A stretch of DNA of 62,592 bases, counting the filler, from Choristocarpus tenellus KU-1152 (Eukaryota; Protista; Phaeophyceae): the NCBI GenBank assembly GCA_964200185.2. It is 12 parts of 12 records of this genome, joined end to end, with 100 filler letters (N's around TTAATTAATTAA, not from the genome) between each part and the next. Parts side by side here need not be neighbours in the genome. Positions count along the whole stretch, not along the records: positions 46,332 to 52,607 come from CAXNAD020008504.1; positions 52,708 to 55,492 come from CAXNAD020024784.1; positions 55,593 to 62,592 come from CAXNAD020006893.1; 9 more parts are not named here. One strand, 5' to 3'. The position numbers and the translations under genes are program-made. Below the pieces are notes generated by a model. It had not been told where the DNA came from, did not search any database, and saw only the letters and a list, made by a program, of their open reading frames with translations. Shown one piece after another: positions 49,995-62,379 of this stretch (its first letter is position 1; every line of letters starts with the position of its first letter).

Positions 49995-52306
49995 CTATAC
50001 CAGAGTGTCCATTTGGACCCAAACCAAGAAAAGTGCACTTTCGTTATCCAACATATGCCATCAAATCACCCCAAAATCGCGACATGAGAAAAGTGACCCC
50101 AAATGGACAGCTGCCACCCCCCCCCTAGATGCTTTAAGCCAAAGTCAAAAACGGACGCTGGCACTCCCCCCCCCAGGATACTTTGACCCAGAACATGTAC
50201 CTTCTTCTGTCAAAAGATGGTTGCAATAAGCAGCACGTCCTCATGGTACCGTTTCAGTTTCAAAAATGTTGAAAAGTATTTACTACTGAGAGACAACATG
50301 GGTTATTATTATTGTTATTATTAATAATAATAATAATAATAACAATAGACAACAAAACATTACTGCACAATTCACAAATTTAACCTATCGGAGGACCAAA
50401 GTCTGAGTTGCCTCACACTACCTATATCTTACAGATGCTAGTCGCACATATCATACACTATATTGAACAGGCTCGCTTGAGTGCCTTTGCTCTGGAGTAC
50501 TTTTCAGGTTCTCTCTCAGTAAGTGCTGCACAACCCCCTCCTTATTGTTAGGGCATGCCCTCAAAGTGTACTGGCATGCTGCACCCTTCTCTGAGAACGT
50601 TCCTCCTCCAGTCTCCCTTAGTTTAGTGTAAGACATCCCACAATTTTGGGTTCCCTCCTGTACTCCCTTGGCCCCCTAGATAACCCTCCCGGATGATGTG
50701 TAGTTGCAAGCTTATTGGAGAGGTTCCAACCAAGACACTGTGAACTGATAAGTATCAAGTGAAACTCCTGTCTTTATCGAAGCTTTGATGTCACTGACTC
50801 TAGTATACTCGAGTAATGCACATAAGCGACTTCTACAGCAACTATAGCTGTATGTTGTAATACAAAGGCATTACCTCGATAATTGGAAGTAATCCCACAT
50901 CACTCAGTCGGTTGTCTCGAAGGTTGAGCTCCCGCATCAGAGGTAGCCCAATCAAACTCTCTGCAAGGATTCTCCCCATGGTGTCACCCATCCCTTGATG
51001 CGACAAGTTCACCTGCTTGATTGGAATCAAGAAGAGCAAGAGACAAGCTTTGAACATTTCGGAAAAGTGCGAATTGGAGGGAGGGGAGGAAAGCAATGGA
51101 ATTTTATCTCTACGCCATTGGATGAGTTGCCTTGGAGCAGTCTCCAAGATGTGCCTATTGACCAATTCTGTTGCCACTGTGGCAAGAAGTGTTTTCAGTC
51201 ACCCTGAAAGATGGCGGCGACGAAAGAGGGTCACCTTGCCTTTGTAGTGTGCAACCTCCGGACAATGATACTGGCCCTGGGTGCTATATCCGCTTCCATG
51301 CAGCAACACACATACTTCGTCCTGCTGGTGAGCTGTTGGAGCCATAATAAGATACAAAAAAAAAGAAGAGCATTGCCTGTTTAGTAGTGTTTCTGATAAC
51401 ATTGCGTGATTGTTTCAGCACCAATCTACTCTGCAAGAGGGAGAGGTTAGTTTAGATAATAAGCTAGACATGTTGTAGATTCGATGATTCTGCCACTAGT
51501 GCTTGGTGTCTAGGTGGAGAGAGTGACAATCCTAACTGCTCACAATCCTAACTGTCCGATTAGCAGAGTCAAATTATCATAGAGGGTGGAGCCGTGTCCA
51601 TTTGGGGGCCAAAATCCAATGTTGCAATGACTAGGTAATTTTGGCTATTGTGTTTGTTAGAAAGTGTCAATATCCTGTGTTGCGGACTCAACTTTTCATA
51701 ATGTAAACATTTTACCTACTCCAAAATGTTTTGGAGTAGGTAAAACGTCATAAAGAACCCGTGGGAAGCCAAGCCCCAAATGGACAAACAGGGAAAAAAT
51801 CGTACCCTCTCTAAATAAGATACTTTCACTCAGCTGGTTATCTTACGTTCGTTGTCGGTTATTAATGGACTATTAATGCCCTGGACCATTATCCAATGAA
51901 ACTGAAGATCCGACAACAAGAACATCTACAATCCAATCAAATTCAGCACAAGGTTACATCGATGTAGAAGTGCTTTGCTTCACATTCCAAAAAATAGAAA
52001 TCTGAACAGCTCACAGCAACTCATTGGGCCCACCTCAGAGAACTTTCCTGCTACGTCCAGGTTTCCAAGGGTGAGCTGTTGCATTGTCACTTTCGTGCTT
52101 CCAATGTCGCCTTCACCATTGTCAAGTAAGCCCTGCAAAAAACCTACACATTCCGATTCGCTGGTTCTTGGTCGTTGAAGGGGAGGTAGGTTCCTGCCTG
52201 TCCCAGAGGGAGTCTCATTGTGACTGATCCCATCACAGGATTGTGGTCGACTCTGCTCTCTTACTTCCCCATCCTGGTTCACAGAGCTAGATGTTAGTGG
52301 GTTCAT
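48059..52306 (-). CDS. RNI-like leucine-rich-repeat protein, internal exons 52306-52034, 51332-51240, 51012-50875, 49391-49329, 48821-48732, 48139-48059
   Basis: All phase 0: LTSRTKYVCCC..PRASIIVRR..K-VNLSHQGMGD..LRDNRLSD.GL..-AIK..LDLSENKL..-GSRALALYF..LSRADVDDFE-AANFV..LTHLDLSHNLIG. Two donors are GC. Confidence 0.88.
49850..50189 (+). mobile_element. Cluster of MITE A and A2 pieces in an LRR-gene intron
   Basis: CAAAGTATCTGGG at ~49853; family A body 49964-50140; A2-type end GATACTTTGACCC at ~50189. Confidence 0.75.
51566..51831 (+). mobile_element. MITE family B, full length
   Basis: GAGTCAAATTATCATAGAGGGT...TAAGATACTTTCACTC; flanks AGCA/AGCT. Confidence 0.85.
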
Positions 52307-52581
52307 CTTTGTGCAGGAGGTAGGGCTTTGAGTACTGCTGAAGAAAGGATTGCCAAGAAATATGCTATGTCTCCGACTGAAGCCCCTGTGCGATATCCCA
52401 CCCAGACGGCGACCTGCAGGGCGAATTTGTAGCCTGAGCGAGGATCAAGCAAAGATGAGAGAGGATTGGACAAGATGTGGACATAGGAGGCGTAGTGACA
52501 TCATTGGCACCCGGAGAATATTGCATCATAAAGTTTACCAGGTGTTTTCTTCCCACTGTCGTTTTCTTTCTTACAATAGAA

Positions 52582-52607
52582 GACCCAAAGTATCTGCGAG
52601 GGGGGGG
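52582..52607 (+). mobile_element. MITE family A end, truncated by gap
   Basis: GACCCAAAGTATCTGCGAGGGGGGG. Confidence 0.75.
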
Positions 52608-52707
52608 NNNNNNNNNNNNNNNNNNNNNNNNNNNNNNNNNNNNNNNNNNNNTTAATTAATTAANNNNNNNNNNNNNNNNNNNNNNNNNNNNNNNNNNNNN
52701 NNNNNNN

Positions 52708-52769
52708 GGAAGCCAAGCCCCAAATGGACAAACAGGGCAAAACTCGTACCCTCTAAGATACTTTCACTC
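52708..52769 (+). mobile_element. MITE family B end at contig start
   Basis: CCAAATGGACAAACAGGG...TACCCTCTAAGATACTTTCACTC. Confidence 0.85.
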
Positions 52770-54504
52770 AGAGGCACCCAGGTTTTGGTTGTTATAAGTC
52801 AGATTTTCAATCCTTCGCAAATTCACTACATCTATGTATGAAGTCCTGAGTTTGACTCGAGAGGATTGATTTCTTTATTGTTGTGAAAATGCAATACTGG
52901 AAAGAAATGATTACTATTCGGAATGAAAAAAATCGATGGGGATTATCTGTTCCCTTCCACAAAAACAGGTAACGTGGGCGGTGAAGTGCTGTGGGTAGTG
53001 ATGAGAATTGACTACAGAGGAGAGTGGCTTCTTATGTACATCAACCCAAATGTGATATGGGAGTTAGGGCAACGATGTTAACAAGTATGTTTGAGAAGGA
53101 GCATACGATTGGTGTATAAATAATTCACTTGGTGAACTCTGTAGACCTTGTTTCAAGATTTTCGAACAAGACTGTGTGGAGTCGGTCAAGGTTTATGCCA
53201 GGGATGTGGTGTCATGCAAATTAAGGAGAGATGCGCAATGCGATGATGGACGTTTAGAAAGGGTGTAGTAAAGGACGGGTAATTGGTGTGCATGTTGGTC
53301 TCAGAGAAGAACAACACAAACGCTGCTTTTGTGGCCTTCAACAATCGTAATAATCGTTTCAGAATTTGGGAGGAGAGGGGAAGAGAGTGGTGCACGTGGT
53401 GGCTGGCTTCATTGACAATACCAGAGATGCGTATAAACTTAAATCCCAATCGTTCAAAATAATTGTGATCTCATGAGTTTGTTTACATGCGTCGACTTTG
53501 TGCGAGTCTAGGTGTTGGTGGGGCTTCAATAACATGCCTATTATTTTCACAAGTTGTATAAAGGAACATGGTGTCAAAATGTGGGGAATAACGACGTCGA
53601 CCTTCTAGTTTTGCGGAGGGTTTCTTGGTGCGATAAGAGTGTTCCATACAAATAGGTTGCAGAATGATGGATGGGTGTGTGTTTGTTCTGGACAGGAATA
53701 TAATGATATAATGTGCGGGTGTTATTGTGCTAAAAACACCATGCGTTATATGTGGGTGTCAACGGTCCAGGTAGTGTTGCATACAATAGGGTTGAGGGAA
53801 ATACGATGGGTGAGTGGTTACGTTATACCCCTGCTCACAGACCCTGCCGCGTTCGGGGGATGGGTACATTGTGGTGTTGACTATGCCTCTCGAATATTAT
53901 GTCGATAGTTCAATAATGAAGGTGGGACAACACAGTCAGAGCTATTTGGGGATGAACAATAATTGCCCAATCCTGCGGAAAGGCCAACAAACATTGGTAT
54001 ATATAAGTGATCGGTGGGTTTAACGTGACATGTGTTGAATGTGCGGCTAAATGCGTTGGGGGAAAGATTGGGTGGTAAAATCCGATGCAGTACCGCGTTG
54101 AACGTGTGACGACAACAGGCCAAGGATAGATGTCCAACTATCATCCTTTCCCATACCCAGGTTCCTACGCGGGTATGAGGTGCTTGGTTGAATAGAAACG
54201 AATTCGGAAATAGTACACAGGCCTTACATTCTTAGCCTCTAAACGTTTGTAGTACGAGGAGGAATTGGTGCGGGTTCTAATTGTGTGTAGGGGCATATAA
54301 GAGGAAAAATATGTAGGTGAACGCCAAGGGTTGAGGCTGAATGGTTGAGTTTACACATGATGCTACGTGTTGACATTGAAGCTAGGATAGGGAGGTTGAT
54401 AAGGCAATTCATTCATTATGCGCCGTGGTGTCTGCTGAGAGTGGGGGATGAGATTTGTCTTATGTGCCATTGGATTGAATGCTCTGGACGTACTGCGCAC
54501 ATTC

Positions 54505-54766
54505 GAGTGAAAGAATCTTGGGGGTACGAGTTTTGCTCTGTTTGTCCATTTGGGGCTTGGCTTCCCACGGGTTTTTATTGTCATTTCACTTACTCCAAAA
54601 TGTTTTGGAATAGTTCAAATGTGTACGTTATGAAAAGGAGTGTCCGGAACAAGGATATTGATATATCGTAACAGACACGATAGCCAAAATTACATCAAAT
54701 TGTAACATTGGATTTTGGCCCCCAAATGGACGCGGCTCTACCCTCTAAGACAAGACACTTTGACTC
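54505..54766 (-). mobile_element. MITE family B, full length
   Basis: GAGTGAAAGAATCTT...CACTTTGACTC; flanks ATTC/ATTT. Confidence 0.85.
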
Positions 54767-54895
54767 ATTTATTCCGTCAAACTCACTTCTTCTGTGCTGC
54801 TTTTGACATCCTCAAGTCCAGCAATTGCGATGCCTTTCCGTGTTTGACCTTTGCAGGGGGTGATGTTGGCGCGTTGCAAAGCGGGTGGTGGAAGT

Positions 54896-55077
54896 GGCTC
54901 AAGGTATCTGGCGGGGGTTGTGGCTGTCCGTTTGGGGTCAATTTTTTAATGTCGCGATTTTTTGGTGATTTGGTTGCATACGTCGGATGGATAATGTAAA
55001 TACACTTTTCCTTATTTTGACCCAAATAGACACCCTGGTATAGACCCCCCCCCCTCCCCCCCCAGATACTTTGGGCC
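54896..55077 (-). mobile_element. MITE family A, full length
   Basis: GGCTCAAGGTATCTGG...CCAGATACTTTGGGCC. Confidence 0.85.
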
Positions 55078-55592
55078 AACCTGTAGGGGAGGAGAAGGCA
55101 CGTTTTGCGCTTAGCCACTGGTCCTGATGGAGGGGTCGCCACGGGTGGGTTGATTCCGATCTTGACGCCAATGCACCTCCTTCTCGTGTACAGAATAAGG
55201 TCAGCTGTTCATTCACCTCTCACACTATCGTTGTACACAAGATGCAACACTGATACAATGAAATATTCGCATACGTGTATCATGTACATACAGTACCTAC
55301 ACCGATTTTATACCAAATATTATATACTAAACCCATTTTGTACCGTTTTTTCGACATACTAAAAAAAATAGGAGTTTGTACCGGAATTATCGCATTCGGG
55401 CGACTTGGTACAAAATCGGGGAGATATTCACGCGAGTTTGGCGCGCGCTTAAAAATTTCTCGCGAAAAGTGCCTTTCTTCCTGAGTCATGCTNNNNNNNN
55501 NNNNNNNNNNNNNNNNNNNNNNNNNNNNNNNNNNNNTTAATTAATTAANNNNNNNNNNNNNNNNNNNNNNNNNNNNNNNNNNNNNNNNNNNN

Positions 55593-55810
55593 CAAATGGA
55601 CGCGGCTCTACCCTCTAAGATACTTTGGCTCTATCGTGTTTGTTGGCAAGGGTCAATATTCTTGCTCCAGAAACACCTTTCATAGTCGTATTCATTTTGG
55701 GCAATTTTTTTACACAGAAAACCGAAAAAGGGCACAAAAAACAAACGTGGCAAGCCAAGCCCCAAACTGACAAACAGGGTAAACTTTCTACCCCCAAAAT
55801 GCTTTGGGTC
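55593..55810. mobile_element. Two abutting or nested MITE family B pieces
   Basis: A family B end (TAAGATACTTTGGCTC) is followed directly by a B-like body ending in AATGCTTTGGGTC. Confidence 0.7.
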
Positions 55811-56381
55811 ATATAACCGTCTAATATGGTTAATGAGAAAGATGTGAGCATTCAAGCGAGGGAATCAGAAGAGGATCGGCAGTGTTAGTAGGGCGGTAAA
55901 GGGGAAATTTTGTTCACAAGCAGATTATATGACGACATGTGAATCATCATGTGCATTTCACGCTGCACACATTCAGCCAAGGAATAATTTTCATAGCGTT
56001 CCTCTGTCCTTAAGAGTGGTGGTGGTCTATGACGGAACTTGTTCCAAAATCTGGCAAAATATTTACTTAACGCAACACCAGAGAGTCTTGTCCTTCTTCC
56101 ATGCTGTCTTGACTTGTGACTTTCTCCTGAGTACTCCGGAGTAGGAAGTATACCCAGCCACATTGTGGGGAACAACAACATAGAAAAGCTCGAATTCATA
56201 GTGTGGCTTGTTGCATGCCTTATCCGTTGACTTTTTTTCAGAACATTCATTCATTGAGTATAAAGAGCAATTCCGGCATCCTTCCATGCCACAATCACCA
56301 TCCTCTCCATCCTTCTTGTTGCGTGTGCCACCCAACCTCATTGTCCCCCTCCCTACTCACTATACTGTGCGGGTACTGCAG

Positions 56382-56447
56382 GTGCTAGTGCTGGAAGAAA
56401 AGAAAAAGAAGAAACCTAAACGGAAAGGGAGGGGGGCAGATGATTGA
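56382..56447 (+). CDS. Possible terminal exon with a basic, NLS-like tail
   Basis: tgcag|GTG..VLVLEEKKKKKPKRKGRGADD*. Confidence 0.4.
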   Translation: MLVLEEKKKKKPKRKGRGADD

Positions 56448-56619
56448 TACACACCTTGAGACTGGGTGAAGTATGGTAGGGAAGGAATGAAATATAGGGG
56501 TTGAGTTTTATGGCAGTTCTGATGCAGGCGTGGCAATGGTGGAGAAAAAGGTTGCTCAATGCCCTTTGCTCATTCCACATGTATCCTTGGTGCAATATCA
56601 GTGCTTGCTGGAGGGTTCT

Positions 56620-56768
56620 GGCTCAGAGTATCTGGAGGGGGGGGTCGGGTGACTGTCCATTTGGGGCCCATTTTTCTCTTTTTTTGTCACGATTTTTTTG
56701 TTGATATGGTTGCATGCGTCAGATGGATGGATAGTGTAAGTTCACTTCTGGTTCAGATACTTTGACTC
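56620..56768 (-). mobile_element. MITE family A, internally deleted
   Basis: GGCTCAGAGTATCTGG...CAGATACTTTGACTC; flanked TCT/TCT. Confidence 0.85.
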
Positions 56769-57201
56769 TCTTTGTTCATTTACTCAGTAGTATTAGATGA
56801 AATTTTAGTAGTTGATGCTTTGCTGTATCTCTGTCTGGTGGACAGCACATATCAACAATGGCACGTTCAATACCATTGCCACTTGCTCTACCCTGTGACA
56901 CAGGGAAGAAATGCCAATGGACGCTCTTGTTCCTTCCTCTCTAAGGAATTGGCATTCTGGTGTCGGGCAGCATTTGATCTGGGAGATGCAGTTCTACGAT
57001 GCCATCACTAATCATCAGCACCTATTATCTATTCCAAGACCTTTCCAATCATTTCTGGTCGTGCTAGCCCTGCAACACCACCTTGAGGTCTTGAAATTTG
57101 GCAACCTAAATTCTCGCACTTCAGAATGTGTTGCAAAAGAAAGGACAGAATGTGTTGCACATATTTCTGTCCTTTCTGTGGTGTGTTGAATTATGAGCCA
57201 A

Positions 57202-57279
57202 AATAATGACAATAATAATAATAATAATAATAGCAACAATAATAATAATAGCAACAATAATAATAATAGCAACAATAAC

Positions 57280-57318
<39 letters not shown>
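57202..57318. repeat. (AAT)n microsatellite with AGC/AAC interruptions
   Basis: Seen directly in the sequence. Confidence 0.97.
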
Positions 57319-57319
<1 letters not shown>

Positions 57320-57752
57320 CTGCATTTTAGCGATGCTGTCAAATATGTGGAAATTTGGTTTCAAATTTACAAATGCGTATTGGAACTCTTCTGAATTCTG
57401 GCTAAATGTTTCGAACAATGGAGAGATCAACGCTCTCAAGTCATCAAACACAACACTTCATCCATAGAAGTATGGGTGAATCGCAAAAAATCGAAAAAAA
57501 AAAATGGCTTCAATTGTAAAACGGCCAACACCTGGGTACCTCTTGTTTACTTTAGCAATCACTGAACTGATGATGGAGGTGTATCAAAAAGAAAAAAAAT
57601 CATCACTGCTTCTCATAGTCTGATTTCAAAGAAGAGAGCAGGATTTGGATACAGAAAAAAATATATCTTAGCTTCCAAACAGCATAGAGATAGTTGGGAT
57701 CGAGGAAAGTAAGTAACAGCCTTCAACCAGATCACTGGAGGTGAGGAGATGA

Positions 57753-58011
57753 GACCCAAGACATTTTAGGAGGGTAGGAGTTTTGTCCTGTTTTTCTGTT
57801 CGGATCTTGACTTTCCACGGATATTTTATGCCCTTTTTCGGTCTTCTGTGTGAACACAGTTACCTAGAATGTATGCAACCATGAAAGGTGTGTCCGGAGC
57901 AAGGATATTGACACTTTCTAACATACACGATAGCCAAAATAAATCAAAATTGCAACATTGGATTTATGACCCCGAACGTATGCGGCCCTACCCTCTTAAA
58001 TACTTTGGATC
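57753..58011 (-). mobile_element. MITE family B variant
   Basis: GACCCAAGACATTTT...CCCTCTTAAATACTTTGGATC; flanked TGA/TGA. Confidence 0.8.
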
Positions 58012-58320
58012 TGACAAAGACCACTCCGGTCAATATAACAATGAGCCATGAAGTTCAGTACATCCTGTTCTGTAGCCAAACTTTGAACCTGAGAGCATGA
58101 GACAATGACCGTACGACTTGGAGCCGTTTGAAGACTACAGGGTGTGACAAGCGATGAATTCCGCTGTCCGATTTTGTCTGATTTTTTTTTTTACTTGGCA
58201 TCATGGTTCAAGGGGATTGGATTAGGATTGAGCATTTCTTCAGTGTATTGCTGACTTATTTGAGAAGGTCGGGACAAAGGCGAACTACCTTTTTTTTGTT
58301 GCATTCACACCATACTTATT

Positions 58321-58414
58321 ATATATACCATACTTACTGTATTATTATATTTCAAAATTGTATTGTTATATATATACCATACTTATTGTATTAATATATT
58401 TCAAAATTGTATTG
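58321..58414. repeat. Tandem duplication of an ~48-bp AT-rich unit
   Basis: ATATATACCATACTTA.TGTATTA.TATATTTCAAAATTGTATTG occurs twice. Confidence 0.85.
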
Positions 58415-59807
58415 ACAGAGGCATCTCTCTCTCCTTCGGTTGAGCAGAGGAGCAACATTTTCACTCCTATATTTTATTTTTTACCCTCTAATAGACGATA
58501 AGGTGATACAAGACACTGCATAAACAAACGCCAAACAACCAGGAACTTCCTCCTCTTTCAAGCTATGCAGAACCTCAACTTCAAATCCTCAGCAAGTTCA
58601 ATGACAAATCTTTACCTATCCACCACTCGCCACACACCGCTGGAGAAAGGGCCTGCATGAACATCTAGTCTATTATGTAATCTAGCCTAAGAGTTGTACA
58701 ATTATCTCCCCATTGATAAAAGTGTGAGGTATGTTCCTCAGGGAGCTCCATGCATGAGGTGCTCCTCCAGTTCTCGCTCCCTCCTCAGGACTTCTGCATC
58801 CTTATGGATAGCACCGGTTGCTCGATCGACAGAATGACAAACAAACCTGGGGAGAGGTGAAGTTAGGAGTAACGATTATTCACTTTGTGCAATCCAAAGG
58901 TGTGGCATCCCCTCCATTGACTGCATCTCCTCCTCCAACCTACAGCTCACAAAGCACCGAAAACAATCAGACAAGAGGTACCACTCCCTGGGTAGCATTC
59001 TAAGGACGCTGACAAACATGTGCCAAAACTGTTTACGTTTTTCAAATGCGTGTGTAGGAGGACATTTTCTGAATTTGGTCGAAAAAGTCTCAAAACAAAA
59101 GAGAAATCAGCACTCTCAAGCCAAAACTTGGCAATTTGCCCATACAAATACGGGTGAATTACAAAAAAGAAACATTTGGCGTATATATAATGCAAAAAAC
59201 TGCAAAGATCCTGGGTACTTCTCGGTTGCTTTGACTCATCACCCAGATCCTTCCCCGTCCAATACAGCCATCACATAGAGAGAATAGCATGACATTGCAA
59301 ATCAAAGCGAAAGGGTATGATAACCTTGGTCAACTCTCCCAACAGTCAGACGGGTTCTATTGGCATAGAGAAGAAAACCGCCCATACAGTTGCTTGTATC
59401 ATTAACCCGCAATTGTTTGTAACCGCCAAATTAGTTTGTCTCCTATTGGTTTGCTGGCCTGCTGACCGGCTGGCCGGCTGGGCTGTGCTCCTCTGGCACA
59501 CAGGTGTGTGTGCTCAATTGTTTTGATGCAATGGAAAGGGGGGTCTAAACAGCTACAGCTTTCTAATTTTTTTCTTCCAGTAACACACACAACAGTCTTA
59601 TCTACATCGTTTTTAGCAGACAGGCCAGGTCTTCATGTGCATCTGGTTCCATCCTCTGTTTGTTAATGTCAAAATGTGTATCTATCTCTTGAAACTGGCA
59701 AGAGTAGAGACTTCATGTCGTTGTGAATAGAACAGCTACTGAATTCTAAATCCATATGAAGTACACAACATCAATCCATTCCTTATCAACCAGTCAGAGG
59801 ATCCGAC

Positions 59808-61890
59808 CTGACTGGTCTTGGTAGATCCCCTGCCCGCTGCTTGTCATGGACATCTTTCATGTGGCTCACCACAAGGTGGCACAAGTCCGTGACAAGCTTG
59901 AGAGGGAGGTACTCCACTTGGGTGCCCATAAACAACTTAAGGGGCATTGGTCAGAAGCATAGACAAGTGAATATGCTTGCGTTTAGTGGTTGTACAGGGT
60001 CATCTTATTTTCCAGATTGTGCAATCATTTTTTTGGGATCTTGCCAAATGTACCTACGCGATCTAGCTGTCCAGACAACATATCAGAGATGTGAGAAAAG
60101 AGTGGCAAATGTAGAAGCAATAGCCCCATGTTGTCAAGCACAGGCCCATCTTCATGCTAATATTTCACAATGCGTTTATAGATTTGCAAGCTACTCAGAT
60201 GGCTCAAGAAGATCCTGATCTGGACCAGCAATCAATGGTGGGTGACAAAATATGAGCAAAGGTGCATAACTGTGTCAGTGTTCTAATCAGCAGAGGATTG
60301 TTGTCCAAGCATGGCAAAATCTCTCAAACTCCATTATCACCTCTTGCTTGCTGTCGACATCTGTCAATGCCAACCCAGCTGCCTTCAGAGCATTTTCCTC
60401 TAAATCTCTAACCTCCCACAGCCGTCTTGCAGCCATCCACCCCTGGCCACCCCTGTCCTCTAGCAGGGCAACCACTTGAACAGGAAGCACATGCAGTAGT
60501 TTTTGTGACCCTCGTTCTACCCCTAGCTGCTCCCCAGAGCCTGACTCGTCCTCTCTACAAAGCAGTGGCTCTGCCTTGGTCTCATCTCCTGGTCTAGATG
60601 TAGGCCTCACCTCATGCTCCAAAAATGTTGCCCCTCTTCCCACCTCGTTCTCCCTTGACAATGTATGGGTGCCTCCGGCTTGATTGGCACACTGGGATGG
60701 CGTGTGGGAAAACTTCACGAGTGGACAGCGAAGAGGTTGCCCCAGATCTAGGTCAAGCTCAACTGGGATTCCATGTCGGACGATTTCCACCTGCCATAAT
60801 AGTTGTTGGACATCATATATTTCAGAGTAAGGAGTATGATTTATGGAAAATGGATAGTGTATAAGGATTAAGGATGCGAAGGTGGTCGCTCAATGCAACA
60901 AAGTTAGTATACTACCCTCACTTCCAGTGAAGAAGCCTCCATGCCACCTTGCTAACCTCCTCCTCCATATCCTCAACCTCACCCTGCAAGTTAGCACCAA
61001 CCTCCAATCAATGAGGGCCAAAAGAGGACTGCCCATGGAAGCAGAGTTATGAAATAGATTGGAACTAGCACTACTGTTCTCTATGTCCAGCACCAAGTAG
61101 AAATTAGTAGTGTACAAACCTAGTTGCAATATTTACTGCTTTGGTGTGATACCTTTGCCTGGGTGTAGAACTTGACGGGTGGTAGTGGACTACCACATTT
61201 TTCCGCTGCTGCAGCAACTTCTTGGCACAACGTACAATATCCCTTTGATCTTATGTGCTTATGGCAGGAGGGGATTGAAGGAGCCCCATGAGGGACTTCA
61301 AAAGGTGGTACAAGGCGATAGCTGCCAAAGTATCTGCATCAAGCGTGGGATGTCAATATTGGGGGGATACAAGGCTTATTTTCGAGTTTTGGCATAAACA
61401 AGAGACTGGGGATACATTGTGACATTCAGACGAGCTCTATGCCTATCTCTTCTCTTTCGCATATCCAATCTTCCTGACCCAGATTCCACTCTTTGCTCTT
61501 TCCAGTCACCCACTCCATTCCCATTCATTTCCCTGCTCCGTTCCATAGACTCTCTATAGACCCCCTCAGCTGATGAATGTTGAAACAATAGTTGACCTTT
61601 CATGTGCCCCCACCTCACGATAAACCTGTTGCCCCTTGCCGTGCGTTTCCCTGCCGCTGTTTCACTTCTTTTAACATTCTCCACCTCAGCACTGTCATGC
61701 CCTACTCGCAAATGAAGAGCTAAGTGCCTTGACGTTGAGAAACGGTGATCACAACCAGGCATATGACATATATGTCGGCCTTCAAATGTGGATTCATCTC
61801 GAGCCAAGTGTCCCGATGTGTCATGCCATGGCATATTCGGTGGCCACGTTGAAGAGAGGAACTGGTCTGCCAGTGGAGAGGTTGTGACTG
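59808..61890 (-). CDS. C2H2 zinc-finger protein with a BAH-like region; exons include ~61888-61625, 61333-61153, 60790-60341, 59935-59808
   Basis: HICHMPGCDHRFSTSRHLALHLRVGH is a C2H2 finger. In-phase joins FYTQAK-VEIVR and KQE-LFMGTQVEYLPL; VQVVALLEDRGGQGWM..R resembles the BAH core. Confidence 0.65.
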
Positions 61891-62379
61891 AGCGATCGAA
61901 AATCACCATCCATACATACAGACAGACAAGATTCGTAGAGATGGGAGTATGGGTGGACTGTCAGGGTCGCTCTTAATAGGATTTCGGTCAGCATACTGCA
62001 GGGTTTGGAAAGGGGCTCAAGAGACCATTGAGGATCGGCTTCAAGTATAGGCTACACTCTTGCACGGTAGTGGCAGAGAAGTGGACAAGTTGTGCAGGAG
62101 GTGTAGAGAAAGAAAAAATATCACACTATACATGGCGATTTTGAAAAAAGATAGTTCACCACAGGAAAGATAGCAAAGAAAAACAATATTGATGAAGCAT
62201 CCGAGACAGGGTGGTATGCATTTCATTGAAAAAATAGAGCATGTGCTGTGATTTCCATCCGCCTTGCTCATAATATTCCACCAGGGGATGGTAATGGACT
62301 TCTTAACCTACCCTCCCTACTTATTTCACAACAGCTGTTTGCCTTTCATGTACAACAAACAACCAGTCGTGGTTTCAAT

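Noticed and set aside
6770-55592. Recurrent TTAATTAATTAA palindrome flanked by N runs
   Set aside because: Exactly 44 N + 12 bp + 44 N every time, with stops in six frames: an artificial concatenation linker, not biology.
57015-57451. Poly-Leu/Ile/Tyr ORFs
   Set aside because: Translations of an AAT microsatellite.
61325-61337. CCAAAGTATCTG matching the MITE terminus
   Set aside because: It coincides with the splice acceptor and start of a coding exon on the minus strand, with no partner TIR or element body; likely chance.
11111-61890. Apparent gene cluster (dehydrogenase, TALE, kinesin, KRE6, LRR, zinc finger)
   Set aside because: The genes lie on separately assembled contigs; their adjacency is artificial.
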